A stretch of 64,000 bases of DNA from positions 22,506,001-22,570,000 of the forward strand of contig NC_082731.1 in NCBI RefSeq assembly GCF_030144855.1. Direction: 5' to 3'. Position 1 is the first letter of the stretch, and each line of letters opens with the position of its first letter. The notes beneath the pieces were generated by a model. It worked only from the letters and a program-made list of their open reading frames with translations. It did not search any database and was not told where the DNA came from. Of this stretch, positions 21,800-36,229 are shown in pieces. The translations under genes were made by a program, and so were the position numbers. The stretch is from Hypanus sabinus (lineage: Eukaryota).

Positions 21800-22960
21800 A
21801 ATTAGGTCACACTCACTCTTATGAATTCTTGTGAATATAGAACCAGAACCATCAATCATTTGTCATATAACAAGTTATTCAACGCCAGAACCATTTTCTG
21901 GAGTTCCCTTTCAATCGTGACAAATTTTCACACATCCTTTTATTTTTCCGGAATGATTGAGTCAGTTCTTTTCTTTTCCAATTCACCAAGTGAGTCCTCA
22001 ACAGTGCTTTATAAAGTCCCAAAATGTTATCTTTGGTTTTGCATTACAGTCCTTTTGAAAGGAGTGCTAACATTGCATTTGCCTACCTCACCACAGTTTC
22101 AGCCTGCAAATTAAGCTTTAGAGAACTCTGCGCAAGGACTATCAGTTCCCTTTGTGCATGTTTTCTTTGAATTTTGTACTTTTTCCCCAATTTATAAAAA
22201 ACAGTTAGCACTTTGGTTTCTTCAATTGAAATGCGTGACCATACGCTTACTAACAGTGCATAAGAATTGTCACTTCTTTGCCCATTCCTAATATTCACCT
22301 GCATGTCCAATGACTTCGATGTCACCGGATATCTTTGAAACACAGCCATCAGTTGCATTATCCATATCTTGCCCTTATAATTACTCTTCGTCTTTGTGTT
22401 GTACATATAATGTGCCTTCAAAATTACATCCAGAAATTGCAGACTTTGCAGCGTTACTGTCATCCCTGACAGAGTTCTTTTCCAAACAATCCTGGCCAAA
22501 TTCTCTCTCGAATCGCTCTATTTCTACCGTGTCCACTATACTACTGATTCGTGAGACGTTAGTTCGTCTCTCAAATTTCAAAGTGAATTCAATGATATTA
22601 TCTTGGCATGCCTCTTACGATTCCAGTTTCCTGTTCTCTGCGAAAGTATTTAATGTTTTCCACTTATTTTTCAGTACAACGGCAATACGTGTTCACTACA
22701 GCGGCAGAGAATTTCCCCTCCTTCTCAAAGTCACCCAGTTAGCTGTTTCCTCAATTTCGGAGATAATACCTACTTGCAAACCATGTCTATCACCTCCCTT
22801 TTCTGTCGTATGAATGGAAGGTCATCGCGCTGCAGTTCCAGTTGCTTGTTCGCTGCTCGCACGTGCTACAGCACTGTGCACGTTGTGCAGATGTATTTAT
22901 CGTGAAGGACGGAGTTTTCCCAGACATGCCACATCCTACACATAGTCCCAAACACAGCCC
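21800..22960 (-). mobile_element. Internally deleted, decayed CR1 LINE
   Basis: The minus strand has SLKLNLQAETVVR followed by CR1 ORF2 C-terminal-like sequence. ORF1-start-like sequence lies at ~22810-22940. Confidence 0.65.
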
Positions 22961-24739
22961 CTGAATTATTTGTCAATAAACGACGAAAAATCAAAAATTA
23001 ATAAAAAAAAGTCTGAGAGCCGATTTCAAAGTACCTCACCGAAACCCAATCTCGTCTAATTCTGATGTGCTAATGTCAATCGAAACACCGGCACAGTAGA
23101 ACGAATCACCGCTCACTTTCACCTGCGCTATTTTTGCTTTGTCCCTTCTACTAAATCCCTTTTGCTGACTGAGCAAAACCTGATATCCTGCCGTTAAAAT
23201 GTCGATAATGTGGAACTGATTGAAAGCAAGCTCTTAAGCACCACTGACGTCGAATCTCCTTCTCAAATTAATATATATATGAAGCTCTGAATATTTTTTT
23301 TGTGTTCTTAATTGGAGCAGGCATTCTACGTCTGGCAGACAGCGATTCATACAATATTAGAGTTATTTGTAAATAGAGAAACACAGTGAAAAATGGACCA
23401 TTTGGAATTAAAAATAAAGAACTACACCAGCCAGCAACTCTGCAAGAAAGAAAGCATAACATTAGAGGGGGTACCCATATTTTCAACTGTATCTAAAACA
23501 TGGAAAATAAAAAAGACAATTTTGCAGGAACTACAAACTAACTGCAACTTCAGGTGAAAGCTAAAGTCACTCGGAGAGTTCTACCAGAACACGCAGCTCG
23601 ACTGGTGAGAGCTGGATACGTTTCCAAAATAAAATTAAAAGCACTGTTTAATTTTACGTTAACGGAAAAGGTCCCAGTTAGAATAAGAAAAGTTCCTTCT
23701 CCATCAAAGTAAGCCTGAGTACAAATGTTCCTACGCTCTTTGTGGTGGTGTGAATCTGAGATTGGCGAAATGATCTGTTGTCTGAAATCAAAAGTAAAGG
23801 ACAGCAAAAAAACGCATACGTGAAATCTGAATCCATGATAGAATTTTCTGCAAAATTTCACAATAAGGAATGAGAAAAAAATAGAGTGCATCAGCTCAGT
23901 GTCTCACGAAGGGGCCCTGATGGCAAACATTTTTTTAGGGTCCATTGAGTAACAGTTACAAAGTAAAAATAGAATTCACACGGACAGATTATTCTGCTGC
24001 GCAATTCATGTAAATCGATCGACTTCTTAATCATCTTTCACAGTGCCCTCAAGTTAGCACTTCGTCGTTGTGAAGGTTTATTCTCGGCCGAGTTTCGCAA
24101 AATATGTGCTGCGCCAAGGACCTTCTGTTGCTTATATTGGGAGACGTTTTGGGCAGGTTCTTAGACGACGGAAGTTCTACTTCATGAAGTTTCTTGCATA
24201 TTAAACATAACAACATTTCCCTCTGGTGAACGTAAGTTCGTCAGCAAACTGAAAAGCATAACAGCTACATATAACAGAGGCTGGCAGAAAAACAGTTCGT
24301 ATCAAATCGCTTTTGTATAGGGCAGCTCAATCTCATCGTAATATTCATAATACCTTTATATTCTTTTTCATTCAAAATGTCGAATTCAATATTTTGCAAT
24401 GACTCCATTCAATCCAATGATACACTAGCAAAACAGATTTCAAATTACCATTATCTTCGATAACTTGACTGGCAACGTTCAAAGCAACAGCCAAATGATA
24501 AACGATGTAATAATGTTGGGAAGGAAAGTCAAACTGATGTTATTGCGTCGAAGAGCAATGACTGGAGACGTTTCTTAATGAGAAATGTGTTACCAGAAAC
24601 ATTGCCGTTTAATTTCCGGAAAGTAACCCAGTTAAGACAAATAATACGCTTCACAGACCTGATTCAAAATTCAAAATTTAGCTTTCAAAGTTTATTTCTT
24701 ATCAAAGAAACTGTATGTCAGGGATGTGATATAAACGTT

Positions 24740-25210
24740 TTACAAGGCACTGGTGAGGCTTCACCTTAAGTACTGTGCACAGTTTTGGTCTGCTCTTATT
24801 AGAAGAGATGCGCCGGTATAGGAGAATGTCCAGAGGAGGTTCAGAAGGATGATTCTACGAATTAGACAGTTATCATACGAAGTACATTTCGTGTCTCTGA
24901 GACTGTTATCGCTAGAATTTCGAAGGATGAGGGGTGATCTCACTGCAACTGATCCATTGTTCAAAGGATTTGACTGGGTCCATCAGGAAAGAGCGCTTCC
25001 CATTGTGGGAAAATCTGAGACGTGGAGCGGTCGACGCCAGGTCGTTGGGTAATGCGCTTGCGAATGGTCATAGCATGAAGCGTTAAGGGGAGAAGGCCCG
25101 GAAAAAAAGTTTGAGGAGGAGGAAAAAAAAAACGATTAAAAACTATTCGATGTAGGAGCAGACTCTATTGGCCCGATTGCCTAAATCTGCTCCTACGACT
25201 TACGGTTTTA
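24740..25210 (+). mobile_element. CR1 LINE 3' end
   Basis: GCACTGGTGAGGCTTCACCTTAAGTACTGTGCACAGTTTTGG...GAATTTCGAAGGATGAGGGGTGATCTC, ending in the GGAGCAGACTC...TCTGCTCCTA tail. Confidence 0.85.
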
Positions 25211-28200
25211 TATGTCACTACACTAAATTCTGTGATTAATCCTCTTTAGGGCAATTACCGTGAGTGCAAAAAGTAAGACAATACAATCAATGAAGTAACA
25301 CATCCAGCTGGACGGGAAGATTCGATGTGCAAAATAAATGAATGTATGAATGAAAAAATAAGAAAACAAATAATTCAGCTGTGAAAAACAAAAGGAAAGA
25401 AAATCAATAAATAACAGTACATGCAATTGGATCAAAATACAATTATTCAACTGCTTCACAATTAGAAGATTTTAACAGCAAAGCAGTTGCAAAGCATGCA
25501 CATAATTCTTATCACAAAGCTGATTTATAGACATTATAATTGAATATTGAACACCACAGAAACTGAATATATGGGCATTGACGATCACAACGCTAACATA
25601 CCAAGCATAATACACCCACATTAGCAAAAATTGCTAATACTCAATAATTTATAAAGCAATGATATTTGAAGACAGCCAGACGCATTGGAAGAGCTAAGCA
25701 CAAGCATAAGAAGAACTACACGCCGCATTAAATACTGTGCAGTGCAATGACTCAAAATATAAATGTATTCTTACACGGAAATACAAAAATAAATAATAAA
25801 TCGAAAACACTGATATCGGCAATTATATTAAGAAATAAAATTGCGCAGCAATATTCGCGTAATGGTGTATGTGATGTCTAGAGTGAGCAAGAATGTCCAG
25901 ATAAAAGCAAATAAATTACTAATTAAATGTAATGTCCATGACAGTTACGATAAACTTGGCAAAACTATTGCAAAATTCATAGATGTATTAAAAGTAACGT
26001 ACACACCAAGAATTAAGAGATACGTGAAACACCATAGATGGAGAAAGCCAAAAAAAGTTCACTAACAATCAAATAATACATTGAAACGTACAGAACGCGC
26101 AACAATTTCACCAACCCGTGCAGAGTATTACCAACAGCACAGTATAATGAAAATTTGTTGTATATTTGATCGAAAAGAGTGACGCACAATGAAAAATCAA
26201 GCTTGCTTACGGAGGAGAAAAAAACACATACACAGTTGAAGACACGGAAATAACGGAAGTAACAATTGACATACATAAGAAGGTTACCAAAGACATGTAA
26301 GTACCTCTGATATTAATAAGTAAAGAAGATAGTTCATACCATGGTATAGGGTAAAATATTTGCATGATTTATATTGAGGCTGAAAATAAGCTGTCAATCG
26401 AAGATCAGTGTTACAAAAATGCAGCAAATACTTCATCTATACCGAGCTTCAGGTATTCTTTTGGCAAAATATATTGTACCGAAAGCAATCTGGAGAAAGA
26501 GAGAAAGAAAAATAAGAAATAAAATTGGAAATTTTAGAAAGCACTTTGCAGATTCGACCGCAATTAGCTTTATCGCAGACAAGTGGGAGAAAAAGGAAAG
26601 AATGCATGCAAAGTAATACGACAATCACATAATAATTATCAGGATACATTTACTCAATTCGAGAGTAGGACGATCATGGCACCTAACGGGGATTCATTTG
26701 CTTGCGTCTTCAGAAATCGCTCTGTTTCTATCTTTGATATCTATTTTTTCCTCCTTTTTATGATCACTTGAAGACCATGACCAGCAGTTTCACACTGACT
26801 TGTTTTTTTTTCCCGGAAATCATACCCAATCCCGGGGCCTCACTAGTGGCCGGATTCGATATACCAAGGACATTGTCTTGAAGACTAGTCTGCTTTCAGG
26901 GTGTTGGATTTCCTTGGCTCAGTAGTGACTCTTGGCTGTTGACTCAAGCCCTGTGCCGCCGCCTAATATGTCATGGAAGACAAAAGAGCGTACGCAACGA
27001 GATCGCCACTAGCACTCTACGCACAGGCCCAACTTATATTGCGTACAGAGCTCCGAAAAAGCGAGGCAACATAATTTAACATATATTGGCAGGTTTCTTT
27101 ATTATGACTCCCTCCCCCAACCCTCTGTGAAACGGGGCACATCTATTTTTTTTCATATATTAGGGCGAGAATGGTATGTCCTAATAAGGCTGAACGAGTA
27201 GTCATTGGGGTACTGCAAGTCTGGGTCTTTTTTGATGTTTAGTTTCACGCAAGAGAGTTCGGTTGTGGGGGGGGGACTGTATTACTTTTCTGCTGTTGGG
27301 TGTTGGGGGGAGGTTAGTTATGATACTGATTCTGCTGTGAATTGGGAGTTGGAGCGTGGGCTTTGACGTTCTAATATTTAACTGTCCTTCATTCTTTGGG
27401 GCGCTCCTCTTTTTTTTTCCAAGATGTTTGAGAAGAAACAGATTTTCAGCATGTATGTTGTATACATTTCTCCAGTATTAAATGTACCAATTGAAACCTA
27501 TTGAAACATCAACGTATACGGGATTGAGCACTTCGCACAGCATATGGCAATGTGGTAGGAATTGGATTTACCTAAAGTGAAATACAATCTGAAAAAAACA
27601 AAAATGAAGAAATATTCACGAAAAATGAAAACCAATAGAAGAGTATGATCCTCCATTGCACGCTCCAGACGATCTAAATAATTTAGAACAAGAAGCGTTT
27701 AACTCCAGGATTAGAATTGCTGGTGTTAAGACAAGAAATTATCAAAAGTATGAATAATAAAAGAGCAAAACAATTCAACCTCGGAAATGGAGAAAATGTC
27801 AAGAGAAGCCAGAAACAATAATACACATTTACAACAGTTTATCTCATTGTCATTGCTTAAATAGAAACAATCAAGTGGCAAACTTCATTCACTGAAAGTT
27901 TGTATCGAAATACGACATCATGAAATAATTTAAATATTATTCTAAATACAGACATGCTCCAGAGGACGAATCTCACAAATTACATACCAATGATCCATTA
28001 TTACAGTTGGTTAATGCATAAGAAACTACAAAAGAAAAAAACTAAATAAATAATAAAAAGCTTACTGAATAGATGGAGCCATTCCAAACTCGCAGAAGTT
28101 ACAAAAGTCTAAAAGTGAAAAATAAGATATATATGCTGAATTAAATGACATAATTCAAAGCTGTTGAACATGAACGAAGTATGCATTGCCCCGACATTTT

Positions 28201-28389
28201 AATCCAGCACTAGTATCATGTAAAAGATCTAGAGAAAAAAAAAAACACGCCTCTATATGATTCCAAAAGATCCAAGCAATTGACAAAACAGCGCGCTTCT
28301 CTAAGCCCGCCCGTTAGGATTCACCAGTTTAGCTGAGAAAAAAGAAAAGTGCTATGATATTGCTCCTATTACTACCACCACTCCTCTTA

Positions 28390-28452
28390 GTCGTCGTCGT
28401 CGTCGTCGTCCTCCTCCTCCTCCTCCTCCTCCTACTACTACTACTACTACTA
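28390..28452. repeat. Compound trinucleotide microsatellite (GTC)7(CTC)7(CTA)7
   Basis: Counted directly. An AAT/AAC-rich low-complexity tail follows to ~28495. Confidence 0.95.
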
Positions 28453-28799
28453 TTAATAGTTATAATAATAACAACAAAATAATAACATCAACAAGTGCTA
28501 AAAAAAGCAACAACAGCGAAAGTATATTAATTATAAATCTTGAAAAGTAGCAGGCCCATATCATACCACTTCTCAGGTGGTAGATTAGGAAAAACATTCC
28601 ATATGCGCCGTCTACCAGCGTATGACACTAGAAGCAATTCGATGCAGGTCTCTACCCAAATTGGGAAGTGCTCTTCTCAGTAATATTTGTTTATGATCGG
28701 TGCGTCTGATACCAATACCTGGCTATAGCTATAAAAGAGAAATAAACTTGCACTTTAGAAACAGGCAGAAGTTTCCCGCTGCGTGGGAATCAAAAAGGT

Positions 28800-29060
28800 T
28801 GTCTGGGTCTAGATCTGGGCATGATAGTACGCAATCCGCTTATGTAGCTCTGCTGGAGAGGTAAGCAAGCAACGACAAGCCCACTAGTGGTGAGCATAAA
28901 GAAGAATGCTAATACCAGATGTGTGTGAACTTTAGGACGCTGAGCAGACGTGCAGGTCACAAACTGCATTGGGTCCAGAGAATCAAAAGAGGACATTACC
29001 CAAGCAGATAATATGAAACACTCTGCTGTGTTTGTATTATTGTGAGAACAGCCTAGACTG
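28800..29060 (-). mobile_element. Rex1/Babar-like RT fragment, decayed
   Basis: ORF 28790-29143 (-) contains LDPMQF and SYISGLRTIMP, resembling LDPLQFAY...DYSSAFNTIIP. Confidence 0.55.
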
Positions 29061-29149
29061 GAGTCGAATATGAGGTTGTATACCATTTGTGTTATTGTCC
29101 GGTGCGTGAAATCCATATCCCTTCTCACAGAACGGTTCATCAATCCTTA

Positions 29150-30030
29150 TTTCAGAGTTTCCTGCTTTCCTTTGTTCTATTGGGTGCTTTAATTGGGGCA
29201 CCAGATTGACGTTTTGGGCTTGCCTGTCCCATTCCCCTTCCTTCTGAAGCCGCGCCATCATCCCCGTAAAGTCCAACCACTGGAGTGAGACTGGAGACTT
29301 GCCACACCAAGATAAGGAACAATTTATCATTGAGTTTGGAACTATCACTTTGTGTCCTCTTGTTAGTGTCCGTGTGAAAGAAGAGTCCCGACAATATGTC
29401 CTGCTCCCAGGAAGGAATACAGGCTCTTTTCTGAGTTGCTATGTTCCAAGTTCCAGGCGCCGTCTTTCTGTCCTGTCCAAGTCAAGGCTTCGTGTTGTCG
29501 TCCTGACGATGTGAGTCATCCAGCCCAGGAGTTCATCGCACAGTCCAGGAGTACTTCCTCTAGCTCTGTACTGGAGATTCCTCGTCCTATGCAGTACCTT
29601 CCCCATCCAATTCGTCGGCAGTTTACCTCGGCATTTCCCTCATAAGGCTTCCCTGCCCGGCGTCAGAGAAAGAGACCTAGTCCTGCGCTCATAAGAGGAG
29701 ACCCGGCTCCGTAACCAAGAGCCGAAATAAGACGAGTCGAAGGGCCAAGCCTAACCTATTCCAAGAGCCACGTCCTGTGCTGGAGTACCCCGCACAGCTG
29801 GATATTCCACATCCTATGATGGAGTTCATTCGTCTAGTCCAATCCGCAAGCCACGTCCAAGAACCTCGATTAGTCCAAGCCACGTCCTACTACCTGGTTT
29901 AGTGCAAGCCTAGTCGAAGAATCTCGAGCTGTCTAAGTTAAAGCTTAGTGCTCTCGTCCTGTCCATGTGCCTCGTATTGTGCGGGGGTTTCACGCCCAGT
30001 TTTGTAACCACGTCAGGATTTGAAGCCTCG
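29150..30030 (-). mobile_element. Possible LTR/Gypsy-like element remnant
   Basis: Short iterated CCAAG(A)GCCACGTCC motifs and a GC-richer block with short ORFs. No diagnostic domain seen. Confidence 0.25.
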
Positions 30031-30047
30031 CCATGTCCAGCCCTGTA

Positions 30048-30345
30048 GCAAAAACGAAGAAATCTACAGATGCTGGAAATTCAGGCAACACACACACACA
30101 ATGCTGGTGGAACACATCAGGCCAGGCAGTATATATAGGAAGAAGCACTGCGTAAGTTTCGCGCCGAGACCCTTCGTCGGGACTAACTGAAAGAAAAGAT
30201 ACCAACAGATTTGAAAGCAGGAGGAGGAGGGGGAAAGTGAAATGATAGGAAAACACTGGAGGAGGGGGTGAAGTTAGTAGCCGGAATGGTGATTGGCAAA
30301 AGGATCATGGGACGAGAGGCCTAGGGAGAAAGAAAGGGGGAAAGG
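30048..30345 (-). mobile_element. Penelope-like element terminal fragment
   Basis: GAAATCTACAGATGCTGGAAATTCAGGCAACACAC...GCCGAGACCCTTCGTC, homologous to the end of the GIY-YIG-bearing copy at 58850. Confidence 0.8.
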
Positions 30346-32269
30346 TCTATCTGCAGTCACATGCTTCTCATTCCATAACGCTCGAAATTTCTTGCGCGGG
30401 GATTTCAGATCAATGGACCTAAGAGTGTTCTCGTCTCCAGTGCAGACGATAATCTCATGTATATATCTCTAGCTCAAAGATGTGGAGTACCGACCTTGCA
30501 ATCAAAAGGAAAGTTCAATGTCAAGAGGCTGGAAGTTTGACCTCTGAGCACCGGCAACATACATATTTCCACTCAAACCACTGAGCTTGTCCTTAAAGAC
30601 AAGCGTATTGATTTCCCCGGTTACCCCTATATAACCGTGGGATGTGTCATTTGAAGCATTCCAGTAATGGGGACGAATTGCTTGAGTTCAGATCAAGCTG
30701 TGTTCCATGAATCCCCTCCTATGTGAGCTAAGACTGTAGACCAGTCTGGGATTCCAGCTGAAAATGCAAATATTCTTGAGTACTTCAGTTAAAATCAGGC
30801 CACTTCCTCTCCCTTCACCGGCAATAGAGCTCTGCTACATCGTCCTTACTTGCGCGGATTGTCGTCTTGACTGCTAGTTTCCTTCTTTCATTGTGAAATT
30901 GTGGCCAAGGAGAAATACACGAAGAACAATTTTTCCACGGTGTGTATACCCCTGCCAATTTCTAGCAGGAGCAGGTATGTTTAGTTTTTTTTTTTATTTT
31001 AACAGCTCGAGTCTTGCATCGATCATCGGTCCCTGAACAGTATTACCATGAATAACCTTTCCCCGCTTTCCCTGCTGGCTTCATCTTACGAAAATCCCCA
31101 GGGTGCAGTCATATTTTCATAAACTGTTGGGCGCTATTTGTACACCCTGGTTCATATGAGAGAAAGTAATGAGTGGAAAAAGGCCAGAAACACATCTAAC
31201 AGCTACGATTAGTACATTGTTTTAATCTTTGGTCTGGCCAACGCCACGTTGTTTCTGGTCCGTTGTTAACGATGTGTTCAGAGACATGTTATACCAGTTT
31301 TTGTGTATTTAGACATCCATGTCTATTCCCGCTCCAATCTCAGGTGCACGTACAGCACTTCTGGGCATTCTCAGACTGCTCTTCGATAAAAAATCTGTAC
31401 GTCAATCCCGAGATATATGAGTTCCATAAAGACCAGAGTTATTTTATCCAGTGTTCAAGTTGATGCGAGTAAAATGCTGACAGTTTCACAATAACCATCT
31501 TCAGTCAAACAGGGTCAATGCTTCAAGGGGTTTGCAAACCTTTATCGTCACATTATCCGGCTAACATAAAGATCCTCACCAGGATGATCTCGCTAGGTCT
31601 TCATTGGATACATTACCCCGATCAAGCATTATCGAAGTTGTAGCCCTTTTTCATTACTGCCCCTGTGCTCAACACCCAGACGACATCATAGCCATTGATA
31701 GTTCAGATAGATGCATTCGTTTTTGTCATAGGAGCTGCACTCTCTCAGCGATCTTCTGCGACTAGCCGCCTGCACCCTCGAACCTTACTTTTCCTTCTCT
31801 TACCTCTGGCCGTTAGGAACTCCAGTATTTTTAAATAGGAACGACTGAGATCCTGGAAGAATAGCAACAATGGCTGGAGGTACAGAGCATCCTTTTTTTT
31901 AGTCCGAATAGAACATAATGTCCTCTTCCATATTCACTATGCAAAGTGGCTTCACTCTCGTCAAGCACAGTGGAAATTATTTCTCCAACTGTTTCTTTTC
32001 CTCCCCCCCAATCGTCCCTGCAGAAAGGAAACCACGGCTGACAAGTTTTCCAGGCTGTTCGAAGGATCTGATGGCAAGGCTGATCCACAGCCTATTCTCT
32101 CTTGGTGGTGTGTTGCTGCTGCATTGTTCTGCAAATAAAAGGCGAAGGTGCAGGCCGGCTGAAATGATGCAACGATTCTTCCTGCAGAACAGTAGTCAAA
32201 ACTCCAAAAAAATTGCCTTTGAAGTATATATACGACAACATATGCAACCCTGGGATTTTATTTTTGACG

Positions 32270-32760
32270 GCTTACAGAATAAACATTTCGGTCATGGCAG
32301 TAAGTGAAGGTTACTGAAGTTACAACCTTTCTTTGAAGATTCATATCGTTTAAAGTTAATATTTTCCCCATCCTGGTGGAATGTCTCCTGACTACTTTTT
32401 ACCTTCTTTCAAATGATAGGCGACTGCGAAGGGCATGAATAGGTGATAGGTGCCCTTGATATCGATTTTGCTCTCTTCCGACAGCGGTCAATGTAGATTT
32501 GCTCAGTTGTGGGGAGAGCTATATCAGCAAAGGTTTGGATTCGTATCCACGACTATATTGTCGGATTTTTCCTCAGCGACATTAGTCTTTTCATGAAAGA
32601 CGTATTACAACCAGATAGGATATTCGCCACCATATTTCTTTAGAAATGGGTCACAGTTTTAGATTCATGTGTATGGAGCTCCGAAGGGGCAAAAGTGAAG
32701 TCTTGATATCCGGAAAGAAAGGTATATTTCAGCAACTTTCCTGACAAAGTCCGATTATAT
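32270..32760 (-). mobile_element. Rex1-type LINE 3' fragment, decayed; paralog at ~57500-57960
   Basis: Resembles the reverse complement of ray Rex1-type 3' sequence. Shares GTGCCCTTGATATCGATTTTGCT with 57668-57690. Confidence 0.45.
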
Positions 32761-33619
32761 TTATTCTGTGCTACATGTTAATCAGTTAATTATTTATACG
32801 TTTACTTACAGTACTGTGGTGTAGTCGAAATCTATGTGCCCAGACTGTGCATAAAATGATTTAGTCCAGAGTTGCAAAAAGTGATTGACAAATAAAACAC
32901 AACTTCATGCAGTTCACTTTGTCATAGTCGCAGAGGAAATGCAGCGCATTTTGATAACTATGACGCCATGACTATGTCGAAGTCTATGCAGTAGCGTAGA
33001 CGGTGATCCAACTGCGTTTTCTTAGTGGATGAGTAACTGCGAGTACAGGAAATAGAGATAGTAAGGGAATTTGAATGACCTTTTTAGGTAAATTCCTTAC
33101 GGAAAACACACACACACACGCACGCACACAGAGGCTCACACACACATCCGCACATTAACACAAACGGTGGATTAATGCGAGGGGTCGTTAATGCACTTAT
33201 TATCTCCACAAGAAGCTGTAAAGCTCATGAATCTACAGCACCCTGTCTCTGCATCTATAAACACTCAAACACTTGCAGCACGCATCTTGGATGATCGCTG
33301 ATAATCTACGTGCCATGCTCGGTCAGGCAAGCTGACTTAATTCTACTCAGTTAAAATCTCGTCGCACGGAAACATCCCTTTCGTTGCTCAACAGATGAAA
33401 TATATCATACCCTTTATCTCTGGAGAGATATCACAACGTTTTGCCATTTCTTATTTTTTTTAATTCAGCTCAGTAATCGAGGTAGTATATGTGTTTTGCC
33501 TCGTCATAGGTTTTCCAGTACTACAGAGGTGGAGATCCAGAAAAAATAAACATCTTGCACTGCATCCCAAACGCTGACGAATTCTCAGTAAACATTTTCC
33601 TTTTAGTAATAGAAAATGA

Positions 33620-34140
33620 AAGCGAGGATGTAATATTGAGGCCTCACTTGGAGTACTGTAAGCGGTTTTTGTCCCTCTAACTACGAATGCATGTGCAGAC
33701 ATTGTAGAAGGTTCAAAGGAAGTTTTCAAAGATCATTCCAGGATTGCTCGTCTGTCATACGAGAAAATTTGAATGAATCTGTGTAGTCATAAGAATACGA
33801 AGTTACCTATATAAAACTAATTTAATGTGGAAAGAGCTATGAAAGATTATTCATCATAGATGAAATGTCTGGGATCAGCAGACACAGGTTCTCAATGGAT
33901 GGGAGGTCTTATAGAAATGAGATTTGGATGATTTTTAATTGCCTGAAATTGGTAAATCTGTGCCACCAGCTGCTATAGAGGCAATGGCGTTGACTGTACC
34001 TAACACGGAGCTCGACAGACTCTTGATTGACTGGGGGATCAGGCGATACCTGAAGAAGACCGGAGACTGGGGCCGGGAAAGAAAATTCTTATGAAATAAT
34101 GGAACACACTTGATGGACGAAATGACATAATAATAATCAC
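33620..34140 (+). mobile_element. CR1 LINE 3' fragment
   Basis: GATGTAATATTGAGGCCTCACTTGGAGTACTG (LRPHLEY motif) and a downstream CR1 C-terminal-like region. Confidence 0.7.
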
Positions 34141-35139
34141 ATATCATTTGTTATTATGGGCAAAAACGGAGACTTCCTCAGCATTACTATTGATCATCTA
34201 TCCGTTCCAGTGGGAATGTTTTGTTATCAGACTTATTCATTCGCTAAAGACTCGATTCTACAAGACTTATTGTAACAGTCGTTCAGCGAACAGACCGTCG
34301 ATAAGGAAATTAATAACGCTTAAAAAAAACATGAAAACCAGCAGTGCACTATCAAGTTTCATTTTACAAACTGGGCAGTTGAATATCCCCAGCTCTGCAG
34401 CTTCAGATCAGCGAATGAAACAAAGAAATGTTGTTCTAGCTAAGGGAGAAAAATATATACTGTATAAAGATACAATGAAATGTGCTGTTTATTTGTGATC
34501 TGTACATCTGCGGCATGAATTCAAAAGCGCAGCAAAAATTCATCGAAAATGAGCGAGAGAGAGAAAAAAAATGCAAGTTCCCTGGGCACTCCCTGGAGTA
34601 TAAAGTGGCCAAGCAAAGAAAGTGACTGAAAACTTAAAGTGGTTAGTTCATATGCACCTTCAAAAAGAAAGCGCTAGGGAATTTGGTGTTATCAAATTTT
34701 ATTGAATGTGTATGTATTTAACCCGGACTATTACAGCTTGTTGTTACATCGACTGTTTGCTTAATGTCAGCTTTAAAATTATTCAATAAATTTTTACCTT
34801 AATCTTTCCCTTAACATTATGCTGTTTAAGAAAGTGTTTCTCCTCAAAAATGGCATAATTACAGCTAAGAACACATGTATTTGATTCCGTTAAAGGGAAG
34901 GAAGAGAAATGAACTGTGACGTCGCTAAGGGGAATATATCTTGATCACAGCGTTCCCATCTATCAGCACGAAAAAAAATACTGATTTGTAACGTAATCAG
35001 CATTAACAAGATGGATTGTTATATCAGACAGGGGATTTCATTTCCCCTTTGCGGCAGTTTCCAATGCAATCAATCCAAAATTACAGTTAATGAATACTCA
35101 TTCATTATATATCACAATTCGAAAACAGCCTTTTCGCCC

Positions 35140-35530
35140 TGCAGTGACGGAGGCTGAATAAGACCTAATAAAGTTACATAAGATGATGAGAGGCACTAAT
35201 GGTGTGGATAGTCAGAGGGTTTTTTTCCGGGGCTGAAATGGCTGACAGAAGAAGGCACAGGTTTAAGGTGCTTGGGAGTAGGCGCAGAAGTGATATCAGG
35301 GGTAAGTTTTTTTATTACGCTGTGAGTGATGAATGCGTGGAACAGGCTGCAGGCAGAGGTGCTGGAGGCGGATAAGATAGGATCTTTTAAGAGAATTTTA
35401 AGAGTACGTAGAACTTAGAAAAATAGATGGCTATAAGTAATCCTATTAATTACGATTGTATGGACATGTTCGGCGCAACTTAGTGGCCCGCAGGGCCTGT
35501 ATTGTGCTGCAGGTTTTTTATGTTTATATG
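35140..35530 (+). mobile_element. CR1 LINE 3' end
   Basis: GATGAGAGGCACTAATGGTGTGGATAG...TTTAAGGTGCTTGGGAG...GGGCCTGTATTGTGCTG tail. Confidence 0.8.
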
Positions 35531-36229
35531 ATTTTTCAAGAACATTGAACGCACCTGACAAAAATTGTTTGCAATGTTCTTTCCATCGATCACTACATGC
35601 AAGGTAAACAATACGACTAAGAAATTAAACTCCATTCTTCTACACGCCCAGTGGCAGTTAAATGTTACAGCCACTAAGACCCCACCCCAGCTCCCATTTC
35701 CAAGAACAAACAGCAGGAACGCAATGGGCTCCCTCTACCGCAACTGCCCCACATCAAGCACTGAAACTTGAAGCAAAGCATCAATTATGACACACGCTTG
35801 CAGTAACACAAAGACATACTGCAGGTTATCTCGGTTCCCAAAAAGGGGAGAAGAAGAGGTGTCCCCACTTCACCGCAAGGGGGCAGACAAAACAAACACT
35901 TCTCTGATTCATAATGTTAAAATCCGTCGTGAAGCTTTTTTTTCCGAGCTCAGATCAGGTCTCAGGTCTTTGGACACAAAGCCCAAGGCAGCTACCCAGT
36001 TGCTCCCGATGTTTCGTGTTCTCCTGCGACGCATCAGTCAGGGGCAGCGACCTTTTATCAGTCCATCTCTATGCCACGAAAATACAGGAACCTGAATGCG
36101 TGGAAGCCGCGTTCTTGAGATATCAAAGTATGACAGGTCATGAGGCCTTGAGTCCGTGTCCTATTCCCATAAGGAACCGAATTAAGAGTGTATCTCCATG
36201 TCATAGGCTTCAAAAATCTTTGAAGTGGG

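Noticed and set aside
32287-32307. J-like FGHGSK motif
   Set aside because: It is followed by a stop rather than L-x-V and a donor, has no upstream 12-RSS, and lies at the edge of a LINE remnant whose paralog lacks the motif.
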